Below the pieces are notes generated by a model. The model searched no databases and was not told the origin of the DNA. It saw only the letters and a program-made list of their open reading frames with translations. Below, piece after piece: positions 1-8,272 of a DNA stretch of 64,000 nt. Positions within the stretch are counted from its first letter, which is position 1, and each line of letters opens with the position of its first letter. The translations under genes and the position numbers were made by a program. The stretch is from contig CAVQGX010000003.1 in assembly GCA_963712115.1 (NCBI GenBank), forward strand, positions 32,001 to 96,000, in the 5' to 3' direction. The DNA is from an uncultured delta proteobacterium (GTDB lineage: Bacteria > Desulfobacterota > Syntrophobacteria > BM002).

Positions 1-71
1 AGTACGATTTCCCAGACTCGCTCGCCCATATTCATGGCAAGCTGATAGACCTGAAGATCCTCTAGTTGCAT
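1..71 (-). CDS. Four helix bundle (23S rRNA-IVP/bAvd-like) protein, N-terminal part, truncated by window edge
   Basis: Not in ORF track. Minus strand from ATG at 71 reads MQLEDLQVYQLAMNMGERVWEIV, matching the 'EDL.VYQ.A' start of this family; purine-rich AAAGGGGG upstream. Confidence 0.75.
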   Translation of the reverse strand, partial: MQLEDLQVYQLAMNMGERVWEIV

Positions 72-147
72 AATGGTGCCCCCTTTCAGTTAACAACCTA
101 ATGACAGCGAAGCGTAGTGACGGCGAAGCGTAATGATTTAATGACAA

Positions 148-202
148 ATTGGTTGGTAGCTCTCGCGCAGCGCAGGCTGCTGCTCGAGAGCTACCAACCA
201 AT
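148..202. repeat. Perfect 18-bp inverted repeat overlapping the deacetylase stop codon
   Basis: ATTGGTTGGTAGCTCTCG (148-165) and CGAGAGCTACCAACCAAT (185-202), with an inner GCAGC/GCTGC mini-stem. Confidence 0.8.
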
Positions 203-889
203 CTCTACCCGATGAAAGCCTTCTGCCAGTTCGAAATCCTCTCCCTCCGCCATGTCTTTGCACCTTTTCTTGAGCCACTCTTCCAAATTTGCTGGGTTGG
301 GGAAGCCCGTTACCTGGCTTTCATGACACCGTAGAGCTGTTAGTTTGCGATCAAAGGTATCGGTAATATCTGATCGATGATTTATGTCCTCAGCCGCCCA
401 GAACCATATTTCTTCCACGTTGTGAGGCTCCAGACCTTCCTCCAACAAATCAGGATATGCCAAGTGATCCCTGGCATAGGGGAATACCGCATCCAGGGTA
501 ACCTGGCCGGCAATGCGATGGTCACGGTGCCAGAGATAACGACGGTAGGGATCGGAAGTCACAACAATCCTTGGCCGATACATCCTTATCACACGGACTA
601 TCTGTTTCCGGAACTCTGGGGTATCCTCCAGCTCCTGGTCGGGATACCCCAGGAACACTACCTCCCGGACCCCCAAAGTCTTGGCTGCCGCCTCTTGCTC
701 TCTTTGGCGGATCTTAGCCAAATCATCCGGTTTCAGGCTGCGATCGCTCGTACCCTTGTTGCCGTTGGTGCAAACTACGTAAACAACCTGTTTTCCTTCT
801 CTGGTCCACCGGGCTACTGTACCGGCAACACCAAATTCTGCATCATCCGGATGAGCTGTTATAACCAATACATCAACTGCTGTGGTCAC
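191..889 (-). CDS. PIG-L/LmbE family deacetylase (MshB/Mca/BshB-like)
   Basis: AHPDD metal motif, YVVCTNG, R..E...A...LG, H.DH, 'K..AL.CH.SQ'. GTG start at 889 preceded by GGAG (ORF track extends to 943). Confidence 0.9.
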   Translation of the reverse strand: MTTAVDVLVITAHPDDAEFGVAGTVARWTREGKQVVYVVCTNGNKGTSDRSLKPDDLAKIRQREQEAAAKTLGVREVVFLGYPDQELEDTPEFRKQIVRVIRMYRPRIVVTSDPYRRYLWHRDHRIAGQVTLDAVFPYARDHLAYPDLLEEGLEPHNVEEIWFWAAEDINHRSDITDTFDRKLTALRCHESQVTGFPNPANLEEWLKKRCKDMAEGEDFELAEGFHRVEIGW

Positions 890-899
890 AGTAAAACTC

Positions 900-2153
900 C
901 TAGAGCATCGAGACTTTTCCGCAACAGCAACTGTTAAAAACACCTTCTCTTAGCACTGCCGCGTATTGGTCAATCATGGCAGACGCCACATTTGCCCAAC
1001 TGAATCGAAGAACTGAGGCTCGAACCTCATGGGCCGACAACCCATTCGAACCCGAGACAAACTTTTCTATACCCTGTGCCAGCAAACGGGGCGAGCCATT
1101 GCTCACCACATGTCCTGTCATACCCTCTATGAGTATATTCTCCATCGCTCCAACTTTGGTTGCTACCACCGGCGTACCTGAAGCCAGGGCCTCCAGCGCT
1201 ACCAGCCCGAAGCTTTCATAGTAAGAAGGCACAACTAGCACGTCTGCGGCACTGTAGTAGGCCGGCAGGTTATCTTGCTCTATCCTACCAACAAAAGTGA
1301 CCTCCTCCTGAATGCCAAAATTTCGGGCTAGTTTTTGCAGGCCTTGAAACTCAGGTGTGTCATTGCCGTCGCCACCGACAATTACCAATCGTAACCGCTG
1401 ATGGTGCTGCAAATGGCACACGGCCTCCATCAACCTGTCTATTCCCTTTAAGGGGGCGAATCTACCTACAAACAAAACAATTGATTCATCTTGAGCAAAA
1501 CCTAGCTTCTGCCGAGCCTTCGCCCTGTTCCATGGGCGAAAAAGATCCAAGTTTACCCCACAGGGAACGACGCCGATCGTCTCAGGGGATGCCCCATAGT
1601 GTCGCATCAAGTGACCTCTCTCATTATCCGTAGCCACGAGCAGGCGGTCGCAGTTTCTAGCCAAATGCTTTTCAGTAGCCGTGCGAAGTTCGGGTTCTTT
1701 CTCCGACCCGACTGTACTGTTCTTTACCGCACTAATAGTATGAAACATGAAAACATGAGGAACTTCCCACCTTTCCTGGGCCCACTTCCCCACCCTGCCG
1801 GACAACCAGTAGTGACTGTGAACGAGATCATAGTGGAGAGACTCAAGGGTTCTAAATCTTTCCAGCTCCTTAAAAAACTCATCAAGATGACCATAAAGAG
1901 CCAATTTATTCATCTCACCGTTCTTTCCGGCTCTTAGATGAATAAGCCTGACGTTCTCGTACAATTGGGCTATTTGCTTTTGCCTGGAACCGTTCAGACG
2001 GGTATAAATGTCCACCATATGACCGCGCTTCCCAAGTTCCCGGGCAAGCTCCCGGACATAAACGCTCATGCCCCCCGTGTCTTTCGTTCCCAACTCGCCC
2101 ATGGGGCTTGAATGGACGCTTAGCATTGCGATCCTTAGCTTCTCTGCTTCCAC
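900..2153 (-). CDS. mshA: GT4 glycosyltransferase, MshA (D-inositol-3-phosphate glycosyltransferase)-like
   Basis: IAMLSVHSSP..LG..DTGGM.VYV, HSHYWLSG, PCGV, VGR..PLKG, PSYYESFGLVALEA. GTG start at 2153 after GGAGAGGTGG; the upstream ORF extension runs through repeat sequence. Confidence 0.8.
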   Translation of the reverse strand: MEAEKLRIAMLSVHSSPMGELGTKDTGGMSVYVRELARELGKRGHMVDIYTRLNGSRQKQIAQLYENVRLIHLRAGKNGEMNKLALYGHLDEFFKELERFRTLESLHYDLVHSHYWLSGRVGKWAQERWEVPHVFMFHTISAVKNSTVGSEKEPELRTATEKHLARNCDRLLVATDNERGHLMRHYGASPETIGVVPCGVNLDLFRPWNRAKARQKLGFAQDESIVLFVGRFAPLKGIDRLMEAVCHLQHHQRLRLVIVGGDGNDTPEFQGLQKLARNFGIQEEVTFVGRIEQDNLPAYYSAADVLVVPSYYESFGLVALEALASGTPVVATKVGAMENILIEGMTGHVVSNGSPRLLAQGIEKFVSGSNGLSAHEVRASVLRFSWANVASAMIDQYAAVLREGVFNSCCCGKVSML

Positions 2154-2236
2154 GTGAACCACCTCTCCAATTCCAACCAGCTTAAATAAGGAATTCTTTT
2201 TCGCTATGCGCTTGGCGCTATGCGCTATGCGATTCG

Positions 2237-3217
2237 TCACCCAAGTTTAACTTGACATCTGTACAAGGGAATAGGTTTACCACCTAAGCGATGTTTATAT
2301 TCTTCCGTGCCCTTTAGAAAATCGTACTTCTTCCTCCCTTTGATAATGCTGTCTTTAATGGTTAACACTTTACTTAGCAGACCTACGCTCAGCGAACTAA
2401 ATCTGCCGTCATAACCATTGTTGTAGAGATATATTGTAGAATTATAATCAAAGCACATCACCGCAGCCGCAGGTGTACCATCAAGTTCGAGAACAAAGAG
2501 TTTCAGAAGGTTTGTTTTCGCCATTGACTCTGCCAGTAAACGAAAATAAGTATTCATCTGACTGGTCATGAAGGCCGCCTTATCTGAGCGGCTTAATCCG
2601 AAGAGAGCTAAGAACGTCTCCATTTCATCCATCACCTCTTTGAAACCTTCCACCACCCGATAGTTGACCTCCCCGGCCTCTTTTAACCTCCTGAGTTTTC
2701 GTCTTACCTCATGCCTTTGCTTCCCGGTCAACTCGCCCAAGAATTTATCCCAGCTAGATGGCAGGTCCAATTCCAAAGTAAAGTCCTCCTGAGCACAAAA
2801 AATTTCGCAGCCCAGACTCTTAGCCACTGCAACAAGTTCGGTGAGCACCTTGGAGTCAGCTCGCACGGTGTTCAGGTCGAGGCTGCGGATACCTTGCTGC
2901 CGCAAGTGATTAATCATAGTTTCAAAAAACTCCCGTCCCCTCCCGGGGGCAACGATAAAATCTTGATAATCGCAAACATCCGGATCACCGATAAAGCGTG
3001 CCTCTTCTCCTTTAACCAGAAGGGGCGCAATACCAATTAGTTTTTCCTTGTCTCTGACGGCAGAGATGTAGGGGGAAGATTCGTTACTGAATACACTCCA
3101 CCACACCTTCAACCAGCTGGGCAGAACAAAAAGGCAATCCCATTCCAAAGGATGTTCACCATCCACCCAGAGGGAGTGCAAAGTTTCAAAGGTTTCTTGC
3201 GTAACGGTATATGCCAT
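2237..3217 (-). CDS. GNAT family protein, CelD/BcsL (Acetyltransf_6) type
   Basis: 'WL..WW', LIGIAPL, 'DY.DF', 'R...RRKLRRL', 'YDFLKG.E.YK..LG'. Confidence 0.85.
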   Translation of the reverse strand: MAYTVTQETFETLHSLWVDGEHPLEWDCLFVLPSWLKVWWSVFSNESSPYISAVRDKEKLIGIAPLLVKGEEARFIGDPDVCDYQDFIVAPGRGREFFETMINHLRQQGIRSLDLNTVRADSKVLTELVAVAKSLGCEIFCAQEDFTLELDLPSSWDKFLGELTGKQRHEVRRKLRRLKEAGEVNYRVVEGFKEVMDEMETFLALFGLSRSDKAAFMTSQMNTYFRLLAESMAKTNLLKLFVLELDGTPAAAVMCFDYNSTIYLYNNGYDGRFSSLSVGLLSKVLTIKDSIIKGRKKYDFLKGTEEYKHRLGGKPIPLYRCQVKLG

Positions 3218-3226
3218 CCGAATCAC

Positions 3227-3523
3227 AAATGCCTAAAGTGTCTAAAGAGTAAATGCCTAAAATGTTCTAAAATGCCTAAAGTGCCTAAGATTTCTAAAGT
3301 GTTTAGAGGTCGTTGAAATCGTTCAAGTCGTTCAAGCCGTTCAAATCGGTGCCTAGTCCCTGGTGCTTAGTGCCTAGTTCTCCCTGCTGTCATCTGTCCT
3401 CTACCGCTTACAACAAATGACAGCGAAGCGTATTGACCCAATGACGCCGTAGGCATATGACTAGTTCCTACCCTATGCTCTATGCCTTTTCAAATCCGCA
3501 ATCCGCAATCCGAAATCCGCAAT
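3227..3523. repeat. Intergenic mosaic of short tandem repeat modules
   Basis: Successive degenerate units AAATGCCTAAA, TCGTTCAAG, TGCCTAG, AATGAC, CTATGC, AATCCGC. 3251-3391 is the reverse complement of 26942-27082 with 3 mismatches. Confidence 0.85.
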
Positions 3524-4537
3524 CTACAATCTCACCGTTTTTCCGGTTCGTGCTGCCTCTGCCAAGCCGTCCAGAACGCGCATATTGCGCACACTCTCTT
3601 CCGGCGTTAGAGCCAATGCTTCCTTACCCAGTAGCGCATCAGCAAAATGTTCCACCATGAGTTGATACTCATCCGCACCCGGTGTTACGTGTTTCTGCCC
3701 TACCTCCTGATCTTTTCCCCTCACAGTAAAGGCCGCCTCCTTTTCCCAGGGGATAAAAGCATCGTGAGGCAGTTCGATGGCACCTTCACTACCTAAGACG
3801 GAATATGTCTGCTGCAGTGAGGTGATAAAACTAGCTTCAATAGTAGCAAGACCATTTTCAGCAAACCTCAGCGATCCCACCAGGTGCATATCGACGCCAC
3901 TTGGATGATATACAGCCTGTGCCTGCACTGCAGTCGGCTCCATGCCCATGAACCAGCGGGCCACACTTACGCTGTAGCAACCAACATCCAGCAGAGCGCC
4001 ACCGCCCATTTCTGCTTTTAACCGCGCATTGTTACCCTTTGCCAAAATTTCCTCGTCCATTCGATAACAAAAAGAAGATCTAACTAAGGCTACTGTGCCG
4101 ATTTTGCCAAGAGTCACCATATCTCTAATGAGCTGGTTGCGTGGATGGAAGCGATACATTATTCCTTCCATTAAAAGCAACTTGGCGCCCGCAGCTGCAT
4201 CTGCCATTTCTTGAGCCTCCCGACCGTTGCACGCCAGGGGTTTTTCGCACAACACGTGTTTGTTTGCCGCCAATGCCTTCAAAGTCCAAGTATGGTGCAG
4301 GTGATTGGGCAGCGGAATATATACCGCATCAATAACCGGATCAGCCAAGAGATCATCATAACGATCGTAGACCTGAGTGATGTTGTTGTCTGCCATCACC
4401 TGTCTGGCATTCTCTGGAGAGCGTGTGGCAAGTCCATGAACCGTGCCGTTTCTGGATTTCTGCATGGCAGGGATAACACACACCCGGGCAATCTCGGCAT
4501 TGCCCAAAACCCCCCATTTGATTCGCTCAGCCATCAA
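3524..4537 (-). CDS. Gfo/Idh/MocA family oxidoreductase
   Basis: WGVLG.A.IA, DAVYIPLPN.LH, HVLCEKP, GGALLDVGCY. Confidence 0.92.
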   Translation of the reverse strand: MMAERIKWGVLGNAEIARVCVIPAMQKSRNGTVHGLATRSPENARQVMADNNITQVYDRYDDLLADPVIDAVYIPLPNHLHHTWTLKALAANKHVLCEKPLACNGREAQEMADAAAGAKLLLMEGIMYRFHPRNQLIRDMVTLGKIGTVALVRSSFCYRMDEEILAKGNNARLKAEMGGGALLDVGCYSVSVARWFMGMEPTAVQAQAVYHPSGVDMHLVGSLRFAENGLATIEASFITSLQQTYSVLGSEGAIELPHDAFIPWEKEAAFTVRGKDQEVGQKHVTPGADEYQLMVEHFADALLGKEALALTPEESVRNMRVLDGLAEAARTGKTVRL

Positions 4538-6179
4538 GCACCTCTACCGTACCCCCCTTGGATGCTGATCTTGCGGCTGCCTCTAAAATCTCCACCACCC
4601 GAAGCGAATCTTCAAGTGGAGCTATTAATGGCTCTCCTGTCAACAGGTGATCAGCCAGGTTACGGTGAAAAAGATAATGCTCTCTTTTGGGAAGTGCCAG
4701 TTTTTGGGCAACTATCTGGCCGGTATGATGACGGCGGTGCAAAGTTAAATCCGGGACCATTTCGGTGGCAGGGATGTGGTGCTGGTGGAAGTAGAGCACA
4801 GGATCAATCTCGTAGGTGCTCACATCCCGCCAATGACCGACGATTGCGCCCTCTGTTCCCAGGAGATACCATTTTGGCTTGCCCACGGCGGCAATGTCGG
4901 AGTGAATAAACTCCGCTTCTTGTCCCCCGGCAAACCTTATTTGTATGCGTTCCTGGTCGGCATTGGTGACATCGTGCCAAACTCGGTTTTGCCGGGTGGA
5001 GATAACTGCCGAGACCTCGTGGGGGATCAAACTCACCAACCAATCCAGATAATGGGCGCCCCAATCATAAGCCGTGCCTCCTGAAATCGCATCGTGCGAA
5101 TGCCAGTAACCACAGGGATGGTTGAAGCCGCCAACAAAGGTCTCCAGATAAAAGAGTTCACCAATCAGACCTTCAGCCAGGGCTTGTCTGATCGCCAAGT
5201 AATCTACATCCCAACGCCGGTTTTGGTGGCAGCTGAGGTGTACCTGCTGTTTTTCAGCCATTTCCACCATAGCGGCTGTTTCTTTCCGATTGATTGCCAA
5301 GGGCTTTTCGCAGACCACGTGCTTGCCCGCCGCCATCATCTGCACAGACAGATTGGCATGAGTATTAGGCGGCGTGGCAACGATAACCAGATCAACCTCA
5401 GGGTCCGCCGCCAATGCTTCAGCAGAGTCATAGATCTTCACCTGGGGAAAGTCATGTTGCGCCTGTTCAAGCCTTTGCTGATCCAAATCACAAGCGGCGC
5501 CAAGACTCAAACCAGCCGTCGCCTCGATGCCCAGGCCGTGAGCCTTGCCTATAGATTGGGCGTAGCCCAAAAGCCCAACCCCTAGGGTGCGATGGCTGAA
5601 CGGTTGTCCAGCTAATTGGCTCAACAAGCGGTAGAGAATTTGTTGGAAAGCGGGATGGTCATAAGCTTGCAGTGTTGTGCAGGCAACCTGTCCGTCACCT
5701 GCAGGGCGATACACGAGTACTGGGCTGTGCTGGTATTGCCAGTCACCATAAAGGATTGTTTCTGTCTCTTCAGATGTCTTATTAAGAGCGCGGTAACACC
5801 CTTGCAGATAAATGGCATCGGCCAAACGTATTGCCAGGGGATGGTTGCTCTTCTTAAACAGAACCCGCAACTCGGCCTCAGGTCCCACTGGATTAGGCTG
5901 CGCCCCAAATATCTTTGGCAAATCCTCATCCGAGGGGCGGACCAGTCCTAACCATCCACCCCCCCGGTGAACAAACTTTGTCAGTTGCTCATCGTCCTTC
6001 GCAAAAGCTGCAGTGTTAGCAGTGGCAACAACATCATAGGGACTCAAATCGTTGGGCAATTGGGCTTCTGAGGTCAATTTGACGTGATGGATCGATCCCA
6101 AATACGACAACAAAGGCTGGAGAAATGAGTCGTGGTTATCCGCCACGAAGAGTATTCTTATAGGAGAATGGAGGATCAT
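4527..6179 (-). CDS. ThuA-like domain fused to Gfo/Idh/MocA dehydrogenase (inositol dehydrogenase-like)
   Basis: N-terminal ~190 aa with 'FV..GGG.LGL', 'HPL', 'PV...R..G.G.V'; C-terminal VGLLGY, ATPPNTH, HVVCEKP, QNRRWD, GG..YDWGAHYLD. Confidence 0.85.
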   Translation of the reverse strand: MILHSPIRILFVADNHDSFLQPLLSYLGSIHHVKLTSEAQLPNDLSPYDVVATANTAAFAKDDEQLTKFVHRGGGWLGLVRPSDEDLPKIFGAQPNPVGPEAELRVLFKKSNHPLAIRLADAIYLQGCYRALNKTSEETETILYGDWQYQHSPVLVYRPAGDGQVACTTLQAYDHPAFQQILYRLLSQLAGQPFSHRTLGVGLLGYAQSIGKAHGLGIEATAGLSLGAACDLDQQRLEQAQHDFPQVKIYDSAEALAADPEVDLVIVATPPNTHANLSVQMMAAGKHVVCEKPLAINRKETAAMVEMAEKQQVHLSCHQNRRWDVDYLAIRQALAEGLIGELFYLETFVGGFNHPCGYWHSHDAISGGTAYDWGAHYLDWLVSLIPHEVSAVISTRQNRVWHDVTNADQERIQIRFAGGQEAEFIHSDIAAVGKPKWYLLGTEGAIVGHWRDVSTYEIDPVLYFHQHHIPATEMVPDLTLHRRHHTGQIVAQKLALPKREHYLFHRNLADHLLTGEPLIAPLEDSLRVVEILEAAARSASKGGTVEVLDG

Positions 6180-6444
6180 TTGCCTTAGCCCTTATATCTG
6201 CAGTGTCTGGACTTCTCTAGGGTCTGTTATCCTTTGCTTGCGGGGTAATTGTGTCATGTGCTTCGCGTCATTTGGCTCCGCCGTCATTACGCTTTGCTGT
6301 CATTTGTTGTCACAAGGTCTTTAGGGTAAGTGAGCATCAATGACGCCGAAGGCTAACTGGGAACCCGCTTGCGGGCCTGAGCGGAGCGCAGCGAGCGCGA
6401 AGAAATGACTATAAATGACCTAATGACCATAAAGCGCCTGCGCT

Positions 6445-7698
6445 TTATGACTTGAGCCGCCAGCGGGGACCCTCTTCTGTATCTTCAATTATTACGTCCC
6501 CTCGCTCGAGGCTCTCCCTGATGGCATCGGCTTCTTCCCACTGTTTGTTGTCTCTGAATCTCTGGCGTAAGCTCAGAAGTTCACCCATGACCGGGGCCAG
6601 GCATTCAGCCTTGTCTTTTGGGGAAGTCTCGAGCTCCATCCCAAAGAGAACTATCAAATCTCGGAGTACTTCCCTTGCCTGGGAGATAAATTCCTCGTTT
6701 TCCAGCTCCTGTTTACCTTTCCATATGGCCCTGTCAAGCTCGAGAAGGGCATTTGTGGTTTTCTTTGAATCATGTTTCTCAAGACCTATACGAAACGTCT
6801 CTTCGATCCCATGAATTCTATCCCAGAAAGACTCTCCCTCCGAACCACGGGTGAGTTTGGCAGCTTCCGGCTGCGAAACTTTCTTTCTTATTCCTTCACC
6901 AACAGCTCCGCCGCGAAGAACCTCCAGAGAAAACCTATCTCCTTTCTCAAAGACGATTTCCTCTCCTCTCCGTCTCAGGCATACACTGCCGAGTCCCTTG
7001 ATCACAGCTTCCTCTTTTTCGAGATCTATAAGGCAAGCTGTGTGCTCGTCTAGACCAAAGACTGAGACATCCTCCGGCAGCATGGATTCCAGCTTGCTGA
7101 AGCGGGATTCACCCATAAAACAGAACCGGGTGTCATGAGTCCCACCTTCGGCATTGTTCCAATGGGGTATGACCACAAGATTGAAGCCGAAGTGCGCAAG
7201 GATATTTACCCCTTCTACCCAGTGCAGGTCCTGGCCCACTTTGTAAATCTCGTATACAGGGAGGGTGAAGCGCCCTACTGTCAAGGCCGCAGCACTGGCA
7301 GCCACCAGACAACCCCCTTCTTCCACCTGCCTGGTAATGATTTCCGGAATGGCTGTACCTTGCCACTGGAGAACAGCGTAAGTAGGGCTGCCCGGGCCAA
7401 TGAGAATGAAATTTGCCTGGCGCAACTTGTGAAAGGCCTGCTCTGCTTCAAATTCCGTACACCTCTCCTTCGATTTGAAAGAGGCTAAGAGCATTTGCTG
7501 CTGAACGTGCTTGCGAAAATATTCTGCAGCTCTTTCGGAAAGTTGATCCACATTGAGCTGAAACCCTGCCGGCGTGTCAAGAAATACGGCCTGAGGGGGC
7601 TGGGCCAGACTCCCCAGCAGTTCCTTGTGAACTTCAACCATAGTGGCCGTCAGTTCACCCGAACCCATCAGAGCAATAATGCCCTTTTTCGATAACAT
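6445..7698 (-). CDS. Peptidase S51/cyanophycinase-like domain fused to C-terminal CysRS anticodon-binding-like domain
   Basis: IALMGSGE, GPGSP, ASAAA (Ser), IPHWNN (His), GLDEHTA (Glu); C-terminus LLSLRQRFRDNKQWEEADAIRESL...IIEDTEEGPRW. ATG at 7698 with GAGGAAGG upstream. Confidence 0.8.
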   Translation of the reverse strand: MLSKKGIIALMGSGELTATMVEVHKELLGSLAQPPQAVFLDTPAGFQLNVDQLSERAAEYFRKHVQQQMLLASFKSKERCTEFEAEQAFHKLRQANFILIGPGSPTYAVLQWQGTAIPEIITRQVEEGGCLVAASAAALTVGRFTLPVYEIYKVGQDLHWVEGVNILAHFGFNLVVIPHWNNAEGGTHDTRFCFMGESRFSKLESMLPEDVSVFGLDEHTACLIDLEKEEAVIKGLGSVCLRRRGEEIVFEKGDRFSLEVLRGGAVGEGIRKKVSQPEAAKLTRGSEGESFWDRIHGIEETFRIGLEKHDSKKTTNALLELDRAIWKGKQELENEEFISQAREVLRDLIVLFGMELETSPKDKAECLAPVMGELLSLRQRFRDNKQWEEADAIRESLERGDVIIEDTEEGPRWRLKS

Positions 7699-7923
7699 AT
7701 CAGTAACCTTCCTCGGCACAAAAAACATTCGAGTACACCCAAAGTTCCTTAACCCGGATGTTTCATGAATCGCTTGCTGAGGGTCAAAAAGTAGGTTGCT
7801 TTGTAAGCTAAGACACGCTATGCGGGTTTGTCAATATTTCCAAAGCACGAGGAAGGACTCACTTCTCAAACACTTTGCATTCGAGATGCGATCTCTGCCC
7901 ATTGAGTCTTGCCAATCTCAAAT

Positions 7924-7939
7924 TGGCACATCCATTGCT
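7924..7939 (+). promoter_or_regulatory. sigma54 (-24/-12) promoter
   Basis: TGGCAC-ATCCA-TTGCT, consensus match about 70 bp upstream of ORF 8009. Confidence 0.7.
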
Positions 7940-8008
7940 TAAGAATATCCGACGAGATCTTTAAAAGCCAGTGGTCTTGATAATACATTGTTTTAACGGG
8001 AATTAGAA

Positions 8009-8224
8009 ATGACTTACATTTGCATCAAGTGTAGAAAAACGTGGGATAATGGAGGTCGTTCTAGTGAGTACTCCGGGGGATTGTGTGAGGATTGCACTTC
8101 GGAATACGTTCGAGAGAAGCAAAAAAACCAGGGATTTCACGATTGCTACAAGCGTGCGGTTGAAGTCTGTTCGAGAGACGAGTGTAGTTATTGGCAGTTA
8201 TGCAACAAAGAACTCCTAGGATAG
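8009..8224 (+). CDS. Small 8-Cys metal-binding protein
   Basis: CxxC...CxxC plus 'Q...G..DCY.RA...C....C..W..C' motif; sigma54 promoter upstream. Confidence 0.7.
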   Translation: MTYICIKCRKTWDNGGRSSEYSGGLCEDCTSEYVREKQKNQGFHDCYKRAVEVCSRDECSYWQLCNKELLG

Positions 8225-8272
8225 CCTGCGCTTTCTTCTCCCCGATTCTTAAGCCATGCCAATTTTTACACC

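Noticed and set aside
3227-3523. Repeat arrays as possible CRISPR (also 26881-27117, 35243-35700)
   Set aside because: Units are 6-11 nt, degenerate and tandem, with no regular unique spacers; no cas genes in the window.
6445-7698. Cysteinyl-tRNA synthetase or MshC
   Set aside because: No HIGH/KMSKS Rossmann catalytic core; only the C-terminal anticodon-binding-like segment matches.
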